DNA of 64,000 nucleotides from Marsupella aquatica (taxonomy: Eukaryota > Plantae > Marchantiophyta), in contig OZ316892.1 of assembly GCA_973895155.1 (NCBI GenBank), forward strand, positions 26,187,233-26,251,232, read 5' to 3'. The notes beneath the pieces were generated by a model, which searched no databases, was not told the DNA's origin, and was given only the letters and a program-made list of their open reading frames with translations. Of the stretch, positions 1 to 11,447 are shown piece after piece. The translations under genes were made by a program, and so were the position numbers. How positions within the stretch are numbered: the stretch's first letter is position 1; each line of letters begins with the position of its first letter.

Positions 1-390
1 TATTCGAGATATTGCGACATTTAGTATATCGGATAGAAGTACAGTTAAACGTATCTCAGACATCATTACTCCCGTGTAGATTGCCTAAAAGAATCATAAT
101 TGATCCGACTGCCATGGGCAGTGGACAAAGAAAGACTTCTGAGTCCATCATTTTGCAAACGAATATTCAACCTTCTAGGTCTCCAAATTGGAATTCCCTG
201 TATACTATCATTGGAAAATCAGCACATTTATTGCTTGCCGAAAAAGAGCCCCGACTCACTTGATAGGTTCAAAGCGCTCACAAGGAGAGAGATTCATTGA
301 AGATTAGGCAGAGGTATCGATTGCCGTACTGCTATTGCGAACCAACACAAACGGTTTACTTGAAGTATGTAGAAGATGTTGGACACCTAC

Positions 391-480
391 CGTGATGATG
401 ACCCAAAACGTGTAGTAGCTGAACAAAGTGATGCTGAAGAGGAGGAGCGAGAATCCCACCGCTCGATCCCCGAGCTCCAT
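391..480 (-). CDS. DPM2: Dolichol-phosphate mannose synthase regulatory subunit 2, first coding exon (rest presumably off the left edge)
   Basis: MELGDRAVGFSLLLFSITLFSYYTFWVIIT matches the DPM2 N-terminal TM helix (D-x-x-VG...F-x-YYT-x-WV). ATG at 480; GTAGGT donor after 391; AG acceptor just upstream of the ATG (5'UTR intron). Confidence 0.85.
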
Positions 481-1510
481 TGCTCCCAATCTAATTGCAG
501 TAGCACTGATTAGACTATTGATTCAAGTGATCAAGCTATGCAGACAAAAACAGTCAGCTCAAGACTCCCGGATATAATAAGACATCAGTCCATCCGACTC
601 GAGCAATCCTTCCAGCAAAGAAAATAAAAGAAACGCGTAATCTAGCATCTGTCTTGAAGTCTGCCCCTATTTCTAAACCGAAGCATGATGCAGGAGAGGC
701 ATTCAATTTGAACTTAGAATTCAATAGTATCCTTGAGGTTGGTGCCGCATTGTGTATCACCTCGCGATGAAGAATCTAGAGAAAATGCATTTGGTGTCAC
801 TCCCCGCCCAAATATTAATAACCTACCACACGCAATTTGTAGTTCGCAATCAGAAGGAAGAGAATGAGAAGTCAAACACTCAAACAGGTTAGATCTTTGT
901 AAACGAATTATCCATTAGCAAGGAACCCTACATGTACCTCTACTGAGACGGCAGGGCAAATATTAGCAGAGACCCGAAGACTAATGTACAGTAAAGAAAT
1001 ATGACATCATACCCTTATTGTGTTACCCCTTTCGAGTTCGAATAGGTCAGCGCAGATAGGCAGGCATCTTGATGCAAACGAGCAGAATGCTCACGATGTA
1101 AGCAATTGAGAAGAACGAAATCCCAGCAGCAACGAACGAAAGTAGCAGTCCCTCCAATTCCGTTCTCAGCAACCATCACCCTTCTACTACACAACAACAG
1201 AAGTGCTTCGGAATGCTTTCCGCAGCCCTCTCGACCTGCTCCCTGCCTGCCAACAGAATGATGAATCCAACACAGCAGCGAAAGAGAAAACCAGCGAACG
1301 ATCGACCGCTCTCAGTGGTGTTCAATCATACCTCGACAGCCGAATCCAGGAGCGGAAATCACAGCTCAATTGCAGAGCACAATAATGTCTTTAGAACAGA
1401 AAGTGGAAAGGATCGAGAGCAGAGAATTGAAAACAAATTTTCATGACAACAAAACAAAGACTCTAATAAGTTCCATACAACAAGGGGGGGACGGCGAACG
1501 GCTGTTGGAG

Positions 1511-1650
1511 TGACGGTGGTTACCTCTGCCGTCAGTTACAACCCTCGTTTGGACTGTGTCACGGTTATCAGAAGGACAGTGAACAAATGTAGAGGAGACG
1601 GAGGTTAACCTCGCCGTCGTTTTTTGAAGACGGTGGTTAGCCCTGCCGTC
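1511..1650. promoter_or_regulatory. Three imperfect 22-nt palindromes GACGG-N12-CCGTC in the DPM2/RGTB divergent promoter
   Basis: GACGGTGGTTACCTCTGCCGTC (1512-1533), GACGGAGGTTAACCTCGCCGTC (1597-1618) and GACGGTGGTTAGCCCTGCCGTC (1629-1650). The regulatory role is inferred from position only. Confidence 0.5.
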
Positions 1651-1896
1651 ACTGCTAGACATGTTTGAGCCCCTAATGTCGAGCTTTTTGGCATTCATCT
1701 CATTCTGTAGCCGAGTAGTGACTTAAGAGCTCCTGGTCGTCCCATTTGATCGAAGAAATGATCGAAGAAGCTGGCGTTGCGAATGGAGTGAAGTGAAGAT
1801 CCGTTTGAGCTGGAGAGAGAGGAGGGAGTGGCAGCGAAGAGAAGATAGCCTTGTTCGTTCGTTCATTCTCCGGTCGAGATTAGGAGTTTGTGAAGA

Positions 1897-4800
1897 ATGG
1901 CTACGTTTCAACTCCAGAAGCATGTCGAGTACATCAAATCCTTGGATAAGGTCGGTGTCCTATGTTGCTTACACTCTTCTGGTCGTCTTGAATGAATGAA
2001 TGAAAGAATTGACTGAATTGGTCAATGAGGTGGATGTTCACAGAATGTATGTAGGATTCCAAGATTGGAAAGTCACGAATTAGAGAAGTAGGCAGAGATG
2101 CAGGAGATTTACAAGAGATTCGATCAAGATCTCTGATCCCAATCACATGGGATGGTGTCCCGACCTACTGATTTTCAGATAAATAGAGAGACAGAGAGAA
2201 TCAGACTGACTATAAAATTTGGGGAATCGGGGGCGGGGGCTGTTGGTTGTTGGTGGGAGCGGAAACTACGAGGTGACAGATGAATTGTCACAGTTTATGT
2301 GAATTGAACGGGGAATGGGCATTACTGTGAATCGATAATTGCGAGATTTCTCTGTTTTGACATCGTTTAGGGTTTTTGCGTGGAGAGACACTCTTTTTCA
2401 TATTCTGACGAGGTTAGGCCAAACAGCCAAAAGCACACAAGCGTAACGGAGAAGAATTAAAGGTCGCATCGGTTGTGGTGAATGAGCAGAAGACAGATTT
2501 TGAATCGTTCGTGATGGAGCACCTTCGAATGAGTGGAGCGTATTGGGGCCTTACCGCATTGGATCTAATGGATAGCTTGGGGGACATGGATAGCGAAGAG
2601 ATCGCAACGTGGATTTTGAAGTGTCAATATGACTGTGGTTAGTCTATCATCTCCCGCCTGCCGTCCCCCCACACCAACCGAGCTCTCTGATTGACGAGTT
2701 TATGTATGTTTGACTTATGAAAGAGTTGGTAGATAGCTGTCTGTTGCCTTGGGTCCACTTTGCCGTAGCTGCTATCCTGGAGTGCCTCTGGAATCTGAGG
2801 ACCCATATTGGCTCGAGCTAATTTTTTCTTTAAAATGTGCACTCAGCTTTTATTGTTTTCTAAACGAAGGCCTAACAATTCCTTGCATGGATTTCTGGCC
2901 CGTTCAGGAGGCTTCGGTGGCAATATCGGCCATGATCCCCACATTCTGTACACGCTGAGCGCTGTGCAAATCTTGGCTCTTTTTGACAAGCTGCATGTCT
3001 TAGACGCAGACAAAATTGCATCTTGTATCCACTACCTTGGAAGTTTTGCACGTGCTTATTTGTTTTACCCTCCAGTTGGTCTTGTTGTATGGATACGCTG
3101 CTTCTAGTGTTGCTCCGAATTTTTAGCCACCGTAAGTCATAAATTCATATTTTCGTCTAAAATGCAGTCCATGGTAATAATACCAAGGTTGTAAGTCCAG
3201 TCACAAGTGGCCTGATCTCTTTGTATCACGTGATTATACTACAAGGAGATATGTTTTATAAGATTTTAAAGGGGAAGTGACATGACATCAGCTGAGGAGC
3301 CAGGAAACTTCTTGTGAAAGTCTTGACTATTTCGCGGTAAGATATTGCTGGGCTGCAGAGAGAGGATGGGTCATTTGCTGGAGACGAGTGGGGAGAGATT
3401 GATACCCGGTACGCCCTAGACTGAGGTGCCTCCTTTTCCTTTTACTTCTTCTCACACTGAAGATGTGGGTGATAGAAGGGGTTGGTTTACTGGTAAATTG
3501 AGGGTCAGGGTCAGCCCTTCCAATTTGCCAAGTTTTTGGTGGAGTGGACGACGATTCATCTGACGCTCAATCTGATGATGCAGGTTTTCCTATGCTGCAG
3601 TCTGCTGTCTGAGTATTCTGTCTCGATTGGACAGAATTAATGTCGAGAAGGCAGTAAACTTTGTCGTGCAATGCAAAAACTTTGATGGGGGATTTGGGAG
3701 TAGTCCTGGCGGGGAGTCTCATGCAGGCCAGAGTGAGAAAATCACCTAACAGCTCCTTCACTTTTGCCTGGCAGCTTGTTAATTGTTTGCTTGCCTACTA
3801 GAACCACCATTCACAGTTCTGCAAACTGTACAAGACGGAAGGACGAAAGGCTGCTTGCTTAAGGAGTTGTCCGTTATGCAGTTTTTTGTTCTGTTGCCGC
3901 GCTGGCTGTAATGGGAGCACTACACCACGTGGACAAAGATCTCCTGGGCTGGTGGCTCTGTGAGCGTCAAGTCAAGCAAGGGGGCCTGAATGGACGCCCC
4001 GAAAAGCTTCCCGATGTAAGTTTCACTCACCACCTGTGTCTCCTACGGTTCGTGTTGATGGTTCATCCATTTTCTCTGGAATATATAATGAACAAGAGAG
4101 CAGTGTACTCCATGTACAGAGTAATGTCAGGCTTCCACTGCGACCCCAGCAATTTCTACTGTCAGCTTGACCTGGTTTCTTATGCAACAATCATATGAAG
4201 ATACTTTTCTGCTCCCAAGTCTTTCGTATGAAACACATATATTTGATCGTTTGTCCAGGTTTGCTACTCATGGTGGGTCTTATCAAGTCTGGTTATAATT
4301 GACCGGGCTCACTGGATCAATAAGGAGAAACTCAAAGGATTTATTCTTAATTGTCAGGTACCTTTCTCCTCCTTCTAGACTCTGCATACCAATCTATTTT
4401 TGGAATGAAGTTATCAACTACAATAGCAAATTTGGTTTGGACATGTCGGAATCAGGCAGCATTCATGTAGATTACAGAATTTAAGAGCAATCAGATGTCA
4501 TTATGTTGTGACATTCTTGGTCATAGTCGTTGTCGGGCACGGGTGGACTCATGGTTGTTGTGTCGCTTGCAGGATCAGGAAAGAGGAGGAATATCGGATG
4601 CCCCTGATGATGCTGTGGATGTTTTTCATACATTCTTTGGCGTGGCTGGTAAGTGCCTGCCTTACCGATGCATCGGGGGTGAAACACAAAAAGAAGACAC
4701 ATTTTGATTGAATAGCATATCTTCTGCATAGGCCGACTTGGCATGTAAATGGGGAATCTGTGTTTTGACGCGCAGTAGATGTTTAAGTCATGGGTGTATA

Positions 4801-4966
4801 GTCTTTCAGTCTTTATGGGAATCGAGTCTGGTTATGATTCGCCCCGCGACGTGATGTGTTTACAGGTTTATCATTACTGGAGTATCCCGGCGTCAGACCC
4901 ATTGACCCTGCATACGCTCTTCCGGTACATGTGGTAGATAAACTCTTCTTTGGCCAGAAGAAGTGA
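1897..4966 (+). CDS. RGTB: Rab geranylgeranyltransferase type II beta subunit (multi-exon)
   Basis: Exon 1 is 1897-1950 ([18 protein letters not shown]). Later exons give [92 protein letters not shown] and IDPAYALP; TGA at 4964-4966. Confidence 0.95.
3025..3341 (+). other. Probable U12-type (minor spliceosome) GT-AG intron in RGTB
   Basis: Donor GTATCCAC; branch-like TCTTGAC with A at 3326, 15 nt before an AAG acceptor that lacks a polypyrimidine tract. Splicing restores IASYIAGLQ. Confidence 0.6.
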
Positions 4967-5949
4967 GATGATCTAATTCGCTTGTATATATCCAATCCTG
5001 GGCCATGACGTATCCTTCGTTAAGGAATGATAGCAGAGCTTCAGGGTATCACGTATTCAACTAGCATTTGGTTTGGATCACAATGCTGAGATCCAAAGAA
5101 ATGGGTTACGCAGTAAGTGAAGTAAAGGTTAAAATACTTTCTGAGTCGTTGTACAATTGAAGTCAGCTGTAGACATTTGGCTCAGCTCTCAGGGGAGCTC
5201 AGTTCCTCTGCAACTAAAGCAACTCTAGCGTCATCTCCTTATCTTCATGTCTTCTTCACGTTCACATGGCGCATAATGTTTGCCAAGACTGCAGCTGCCA
5301 GTGCCAGTGTGGACGTCTACTGTGTTTGCATTCTGAAAGAGAAGATTCTTGAAGGGTCTCATCTTCATGTCTTCTTCTCTTTACAATGCTTTAGCTTTAA
5401 AGTAAGGAACATGCCTACATTTGCTACATAAGCGGCGAGGGTTTGAAAGTAATTACTATTTCCTGTTGGGTTAGGCTTTGCTGCAAGGTACGACAAAAAC
5501 TACAGGACCAGTTCCAGGATACTCGGGCTCTTTAGCTTTGTTACATACTTTAAGTCATCCCCCAAATTTCAAGTAAAGGACACTGTGAAGGAAACACCTG
5601 ACCCTTTCCAAAGCTATGTGGTTGATATATTGATACCGTATGCATGGGACGAGTGAGTGTACATAGACCCATATTATCGGGCAGACAATGCACAAGAATT
5701 GAAAAAAGGCAACAGGCAAAATCCTGAGATTATAAATGCATGACTGACAAGCTGCAACTTTATTGTCATGAGCACAGATCACAGAACAACAGTGAAAGAG
5801 TTCATTCACTAATAATCCCATAAGGACGAAGTTGAGTCAAACTGAAGTTAGCAAGTAGGTACAAAGCTCAGTTTGAGGGCTAAAGCCCAGTCCTTGATTA
5901 GGTTGAGTCGCACAAAGATAACAATTCTTGACTAAATCCCAACATCATG

Positions 5950-7275
5950 CCTATTGGCGAATCTATACCATGTACTACACCTCCATTCATAGTAAAGTAT
6001 TGTCTCAACAAGTTCCCGGGAGTACTGGCCAGTTTAAAGCTTTACATGATATTTTCAGTCTCTGTCAACTAGTAAATGAAGTGTGCACCAGCAACAGAGT
6101 CTGCGTGTCGGGACAGTGTTTCTGTAGTCTCAAATTGCGGAATGGTTATGCTAAATATGAAAATTTACGCCCAGCACATATAAGGTACAACCATTCTAGG
6201 ACAGCCAATTTCTTGCGATATGAGCATAGAGCTGTCACAACACCCCATCAGCTGGTCCGCTGTGATTCTCGTTTTCGAAATGTAGACGTTGCAATTCTTC
6301 ACCAAGGACTTCGAACTTTGCCTCCGATGATGAGTCCATTGATGTGGGTAAGTGATGCCCAGGTTGTATAGCGCAACGCTACGATTGATCGACACTGCAT
6401 TGCCGGTAACTCACAATACTGGACAAATACACAAGGCCTTTCTGATCCGCCGTATGCATTCCTGACGATCGTTACATGTAGGTTAGCAGAAATGAGGGTA
6501 TCCAATGAAATAGGACCATCGTTTTGCTTGATGAGGATGGGTTGCCCATTTTGAGAGTTCAAGTTCAGGCAAGCGTTATACCACCACCTCGTGACCACCA
6601 AGTGTTGAAAGATGTTTGCAGTGGACTACACTTCAAAAGCGGGTAATCCGTGGATCGTACGTAGATTGAGGGTAGTACCTGCTTCCGTACGATCCATGTC
6701 CTATCGTTCGGTGGTAGCAGAAGCTGATGGCAGAATCACTCCATTTATCGAAGCTTAGGTACAGGTTTATACTCATATGCGTCAATGTCAACTTTCTCCC
6801 GAAAGGCCTGAGTACCACACCTTCAACAGGATTAGACATCACCCACATTGATTTTCTTGTTTAGTTATTTGTTATTGAAGGTACGAGACCATTTTTCTTA
6901 GAAATCTACGTTCAACCACAAATTTTAGGTTCCCACCTTTAAAAAATTGCGATGTACACAAATGCAATTGAGTAGAACAAAAGACTACCATGCCAAGTCT
7001 AGTTCAAAACATACTGATTCTGTAAGATTCTGACATGGTGATCGTAATTTAATTCGAGAAAATTCCTACTCTTGATTTAACTGTGTCAATTGTGGTGTAT
7101 TCAATGCAATCCCTAAGAGAAACTCTCGGAAATTGTACCTTAAGCTCCTGCACCAGATCTATCTTGTTCTTCTTTCTCTTCTCAAAGCCAGGTAGGGGGC
7201 CTTCCCGTGAAAGTAACTCGGATGCACTAATTGCTGCCCACTCCTCATCTTCACGGGCATTCACAACATCTTTTC
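5950..7275 (-). pseudogene. Degenerate gene, possibly RNI-like/F-box-type LRR
   Basis: Broken frames contain LRR-like stretches (ALCSYRKKLAVLEWLYL; LRLQKHCPDTQTLLLVHTSFTS*QRLKISCKAL) with many stops and shifts. There is an upstream exon-like segment (KDVVNAREDEEW...) behind a splice acceptor. Confidence 0.3.
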
Positions 7276-8734
7276 TGAAGAGAGCACAAAAGAGTTACAA
7301 TAGAACCAGCGGAAAAGACTTCTCAGGAAAGTTTAGATGAGAGAGACCGACAGAACCCAAGACTGAGGGAATCATCGGCAACCCTAACATCTAAACCCTA
7401 AACCCTGAACCTGGACGCACCAATTTACTCCCCATTCCTGATATTGACTTCTCAACATCCTATCTGAAGAGAGCGCAAAAGAATTAGAGTAGATTCAGTG
7501 GAAAAGACTTTTCAGGAAAGTTTAACCTATGAAGTCCGGCATCGAGAAAACTCACCTCCCCTGTTGAAGATGAGAAAGACCGAGAGAACCCAAGACTGTG
7601 AGTGAGATCATGGGCAACCCATAGCGCATGAACGGGTTTATTCGACCTATCCTCTTAAACGCCTGGCTGGCTCCTCCAGCCATCGTACCGATCCTGTGAC
7701 CGAATTGCAAGCAAGGCCACTTTCAAATCAATTCAGCAGGCATCTGGAAAACCTCATGCCACCAGTGCACAATTTGTACAAGCGAGTTTTACGCAATTAC
7801 TACTGCGAAAACTTTTGGGTTTGCTGAAGCCTCCAAAATCGTCCACATGGAATCGCGATGTTGATCCCTTACCAGTGGACAACGATTTGATTTCAAGGGA
7901 TGTTAAGTCTTAGAGAACCTCTTCCGCTGTTCTTCGTCAAGAGCAGCAAAATCCTTCTGTAAGCATTCGAGACTCTCGTAGCAAGGCAACCGCATCTCGT
8001 CCTTGGCTTGGAATCTGAAATTCACGAATTGGGCAATCGATCGATTCTGAACCTCTCCAAATTACGAACAAGATTGTCTGAATTTTGGATTTGCGTTTCA
8101 AGTGCAGTCTTTTCTCTCTAGTGCACATTCCATAAGTGCAAACCTGGCTAATTGCAAGATGTTATTGCATAAAGCAGAAAAGCGTTGACAGTGAGTGATT
8201 GTCAATCGTCCCTTTACAAAATGAGATTTGGTGGGAACATTGGCTCACCATTGGATTTATGTTATCCTTTATTCCACCTTTGATTAGTTACAAATGAGTG
8301 TAACCAAAGCAAACAAGACAATAAGGTACCTAGGTGATAACTAAGTGATAATAATTGTGACTGAACACCTAGCAGGTACGAAAGCTTAATTTTTTGTCAC
8401 ATGTGAATATTTAATAGTCTATGCAATCATTAGATGCGAAAGTAGTTTATAGATGTATAATTAGAAATCTCTCCAGTTAAATGGGTTTATATAATTTTGA
8501 ACAATATATTTATTAGTGGGAAGGTGCACTTTTGTTCTTTTGTTCTTTCTCAAAAAGCTAAAATTTGATTTTCTTTTTTAATGTATCTTTGATGTAATGA
8601 TAGGGGGAAAGGAGTGTCTCCCATATAATACCCTATTCCACCAAGAAGATGAAATAGTTCTTTTCCAAACTCATAAAAAATGGGAATCAATCTTAGACCT
8701 TTGTCAAAACATTGTTTTTTTTTACACCGTCAGA

Positions 8735-9631
8735 TCTATCCATACACACCATGTCAAATAAATGTCTACCCTAACTACAATTTGGCCTGCCTGCACCTAC
8801 CCAAGATAATAACTTAACTTTAAAATAATGAACTGTATTTATATTTAGAAAAATGGGGATAAAAATTTAATTTTTTTTAAATGGAATGTAAATAAAGCAC
8901 AGAAAAATGCTTATTTCTCTACAAATTGAAAACTTTAATTAAAAAACACAAATTTTTTCCTGTCACTCAGTGAGACTCTATAATGCGGTGTTCGTTATCT
9001 CGCTTCTCCAATTTTTATGTGCAACACGAATTAAAGAACACAACCACAACAATTGTATGGCCAGAATTGCGCCAATACCAACAATTACATGGCAAAGCTC
9101 TTTTATATATCTCCTTAGCATCTTTTCTCACTTGCCATCTTGTTCTAATCTTTACATATGTATTGCTCTTCAACATCTTTTACTTGCCTTCACATCTTTT
9201 CCTCATTTCGCCATTTTTCTCACATTCAAATCTTTACCTCACCATGACATTTTTTCCTCACTTGACATCTTTTCTCCCCTCGACATCTTTTTCTCTCCTC
9301 CACATCTTCTCTCACCTTGACATCTTTATCTCTCCTCCACATCTTTCCCTCATGCTCAACATTTCTTTCCTCAACATATTTTCCTCATTTTTACATCTTT
9401 TTCTCACTTCGCCATCATTTCTCTCCCCGACAACTTTTCTTCACCTCGACTTCTTTTTCTCTCATCGACATATTTTCCATCTCAACACCCTTTCCTCACC
9501 TCAACATCTTTTTCTCACCTCAACTTCTTTTCTCTCCTCAACTTCCTTTTTTCTCATCGACATCATTCTTTTTTCATCATATATTTTCCTCACCTTAACA
9601 TCTTTTGTGCAACGCACAGGCATGTGGCTAG
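8735..9631 (+). mobile_element. Non-autonomous Helitron
   Basis: 3' hairpin TGTGC-AAC-GCACA followed by CTAG|T at 9628-9632. CT-rich ACATCTTTT subterminal repeats. The 5' A|TC at 8735 is tentative. Related copy ends at 60091. Confidence 0.65.
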
Positions 9632-9986
9632 TCTTATATATAAAGAGCTAAGGGAAACTAGGGTTGAGTTTTAGGCTTCTAGAGTGATGAAGCCTCTAGA
9701 ACCCTGACTCTGGGCCCCACAATAATATGTTTGCATAGAAAAGAATATATTAAGATATGTATAATTGTTAAAATAATAAGTAAAGTAAATATATTTTATT
9801 GACACTTTTATTGTCCTCTCCTCTATTAGTCTCCTCTATTCATATTTCAAAGAACGGGTAGTTGGGCCTAGTCTTTAGAAAATCACAACTCTCTCAACTT
9901 TATGAGAACTAGAGATATTATGCTGGCTGGGAAGATTGTTCTTAGAGGCATCAAAGTTTCCAATGAGCCCAAGAAGAGCCAATTCG

Positions 9987-10341
9987 GTTGGATATTTAAG
10001 GTCAAACTTTGCTCTTCAAAACTTCATGGAAACGAGAAGGGTTGTCAATGAGTGAAGCTGTAGGGGGTGTTATGGTCCCATAGGGTTGTATAGTTCACAC
10101 GCTTGGTCCATTGGAGCATCATTTTCCATTCCATAGGAGAGCCCATGATTTTGTTATGTCTTTCAGTTGAATATTTAAGGTCAAACTTTGCTATTCAAAC
10201 CTTCATGGAAACAAGAAGGGTGTTGATGAGTGAAGGTGTACGAGGTGTCATGGTCCATAGGGTTGTATAGTTCACGGGCTTGGTCCATGGGAGCATCAGT
10301 TTCCATGCCAAAGGAGTGCCCATGATTTTGTTATATCTTTC
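9987..10341. repeat. Tandem duplication, 179-bp period, 2 diverged copies
   Basis: ATATTTAAGGTCAAACTTTGCT at 9992 and 10171; the alignment continues to CCCATGATTTTGTTAT. Confidence 0.85.
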
Positions 10342-10479
10342 TTTAGTAGGATTGTTGAAAAGAAAAGCCCCCATAGACACATGGTTGGTTCTTGAGACTA
10401 GAATGGACACAATCAACCATGTTTAGCAAAAGAGTAGCAAAGTACTGTGAAATACGACAAATTGTATTATAGGAGTCTT

Positions 10480-10702
10480 ATTTGATGTTTGGATTGTGCC
10501 TGTTGGGGTTCCTTGACTCCATCTGAGCACTTTGTGAAACCTTAGTGACTATCTGGGCATTCCTTTGAAGCTTCAGAATCTCGGAGCCAAACCTTGACAT
10601 AATTATATCAACAATTGGGAAAAGCCAAGATGGACACACAATTTTTGACAAGATGCCTGTATGGACTCAAGGAACCCCAATAGGCACAATCCAACCACCA
10701 AT
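10480..10702. repeat. Imperfect inverted repeat (~85-bp arms), MITE/foldback-like
   Basis: GGATTGTGCCTGTTGGGGTTCCTTGACTCCAT (from 10491) is the near-perfect reverse complement of ATGGACTCAAGGAACCCCAATAGGCACAATCC (ending ~10692). Confidence 0.75.
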
Positions 10703-11238
10703 CTATATTCCCATGACACTATTGCACAAAGGGAAGTAGCTGGTGGTGAGGGGGCGTGTGGAAAAAAATTGTGAGTCATCACAGGATTGCCAAACATTTG
10801 GTACCAAGTGTCCTCCATTCAAGGTGACAAAATGAACCAGAAGCAATACTAAACCCATAGTTAGTAGCATGAACAAAGTGGAGTTGGTAAATGGTAAATA
10901 AAAATTGCCATGGGGGTAACCTTCAAGACTTTCCATAAGGGAGATGTCATGTGACAATCAGGGCGGATTCCTATGGGGTTAGAGCACTCCCACTGGCCCA
11001 AGAAAATTGGTCTGGAGTACAAAAGGGAGGGACCAGCCTGCAATGACCAAAAGTCAGATGCCACTGGGACCCTGTTCTGCCAGCCAATTTTGCAGCCCCA
11101 CATTTTTGGCCGTCACAGCCAGCATTAATCTTGCACTTCAGAAGGGAACTAAATGCTCAGGTAAATTGGTCTCTTATGTAACAAAGGGCTAAATGCCAAG
11201 CTTACTCAGGTGCTACTTTTTTTACTATAGAGAGGATG

Positions 11239-11447
11239 TGTTGGAGTCTATTGTCGTTAGGACATTACACCCACCCTCTCTTGCTCAGATCATTACACTA
11301 ATTTAGGTGTACTTACTAACCGTATATGACAGACCTTCTCTCAAAGAGCTTATCTCCACTTGGACTCATGCGAGCTGTCTGCCCATCTCTCTCATGTATT
11401 TATCGCCTTCTCCTTGTGAGATTATCAAGTTGTTTAATACTTCAACA
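11239..11447 (+). repeat. 5' LTR of the Copia element (209 bp)
   Basis: TGTTGG...TTCAACA; aligns to the 3' LTR but lacks a ~78-bp internal segment. Confidence 0.93.

Noticed and set aside
1511-1650. CRISPR-like repeat-spacer array
   Set aside because: Eukaryotic context, irregular spacers, only three divergent units and no cas genes.
1441-1698. 85-aa ORF with DGRANHR/DGRGNHR repeats as a peptide-hormone precursor
   Set aside because: No signal peptide, and the middle repeat is in another frame, so the repetition is at nucleotide level.
6633-6848. EGVVLRP resembling an RNA-ligase motif IV
   Set aside because: No KxDG or other ligase motifs; the segment appears to overlap a splice-acceptor region.
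7381-7411. CTAAACCCTAAACCCTGAACC resembles the plant telomerase RNA template
   Set aside because: No convincing USE/TATA Pol III promoter or conserved TR flanks; better explained as telo-boxes in a gene 5' region.
8970-9651. Long F/S/L/H-rich ORFs (also 59827-60111)
   Set aside because: Artefacts of CT-rich Helitron subterminal repeats that lack stop codons.
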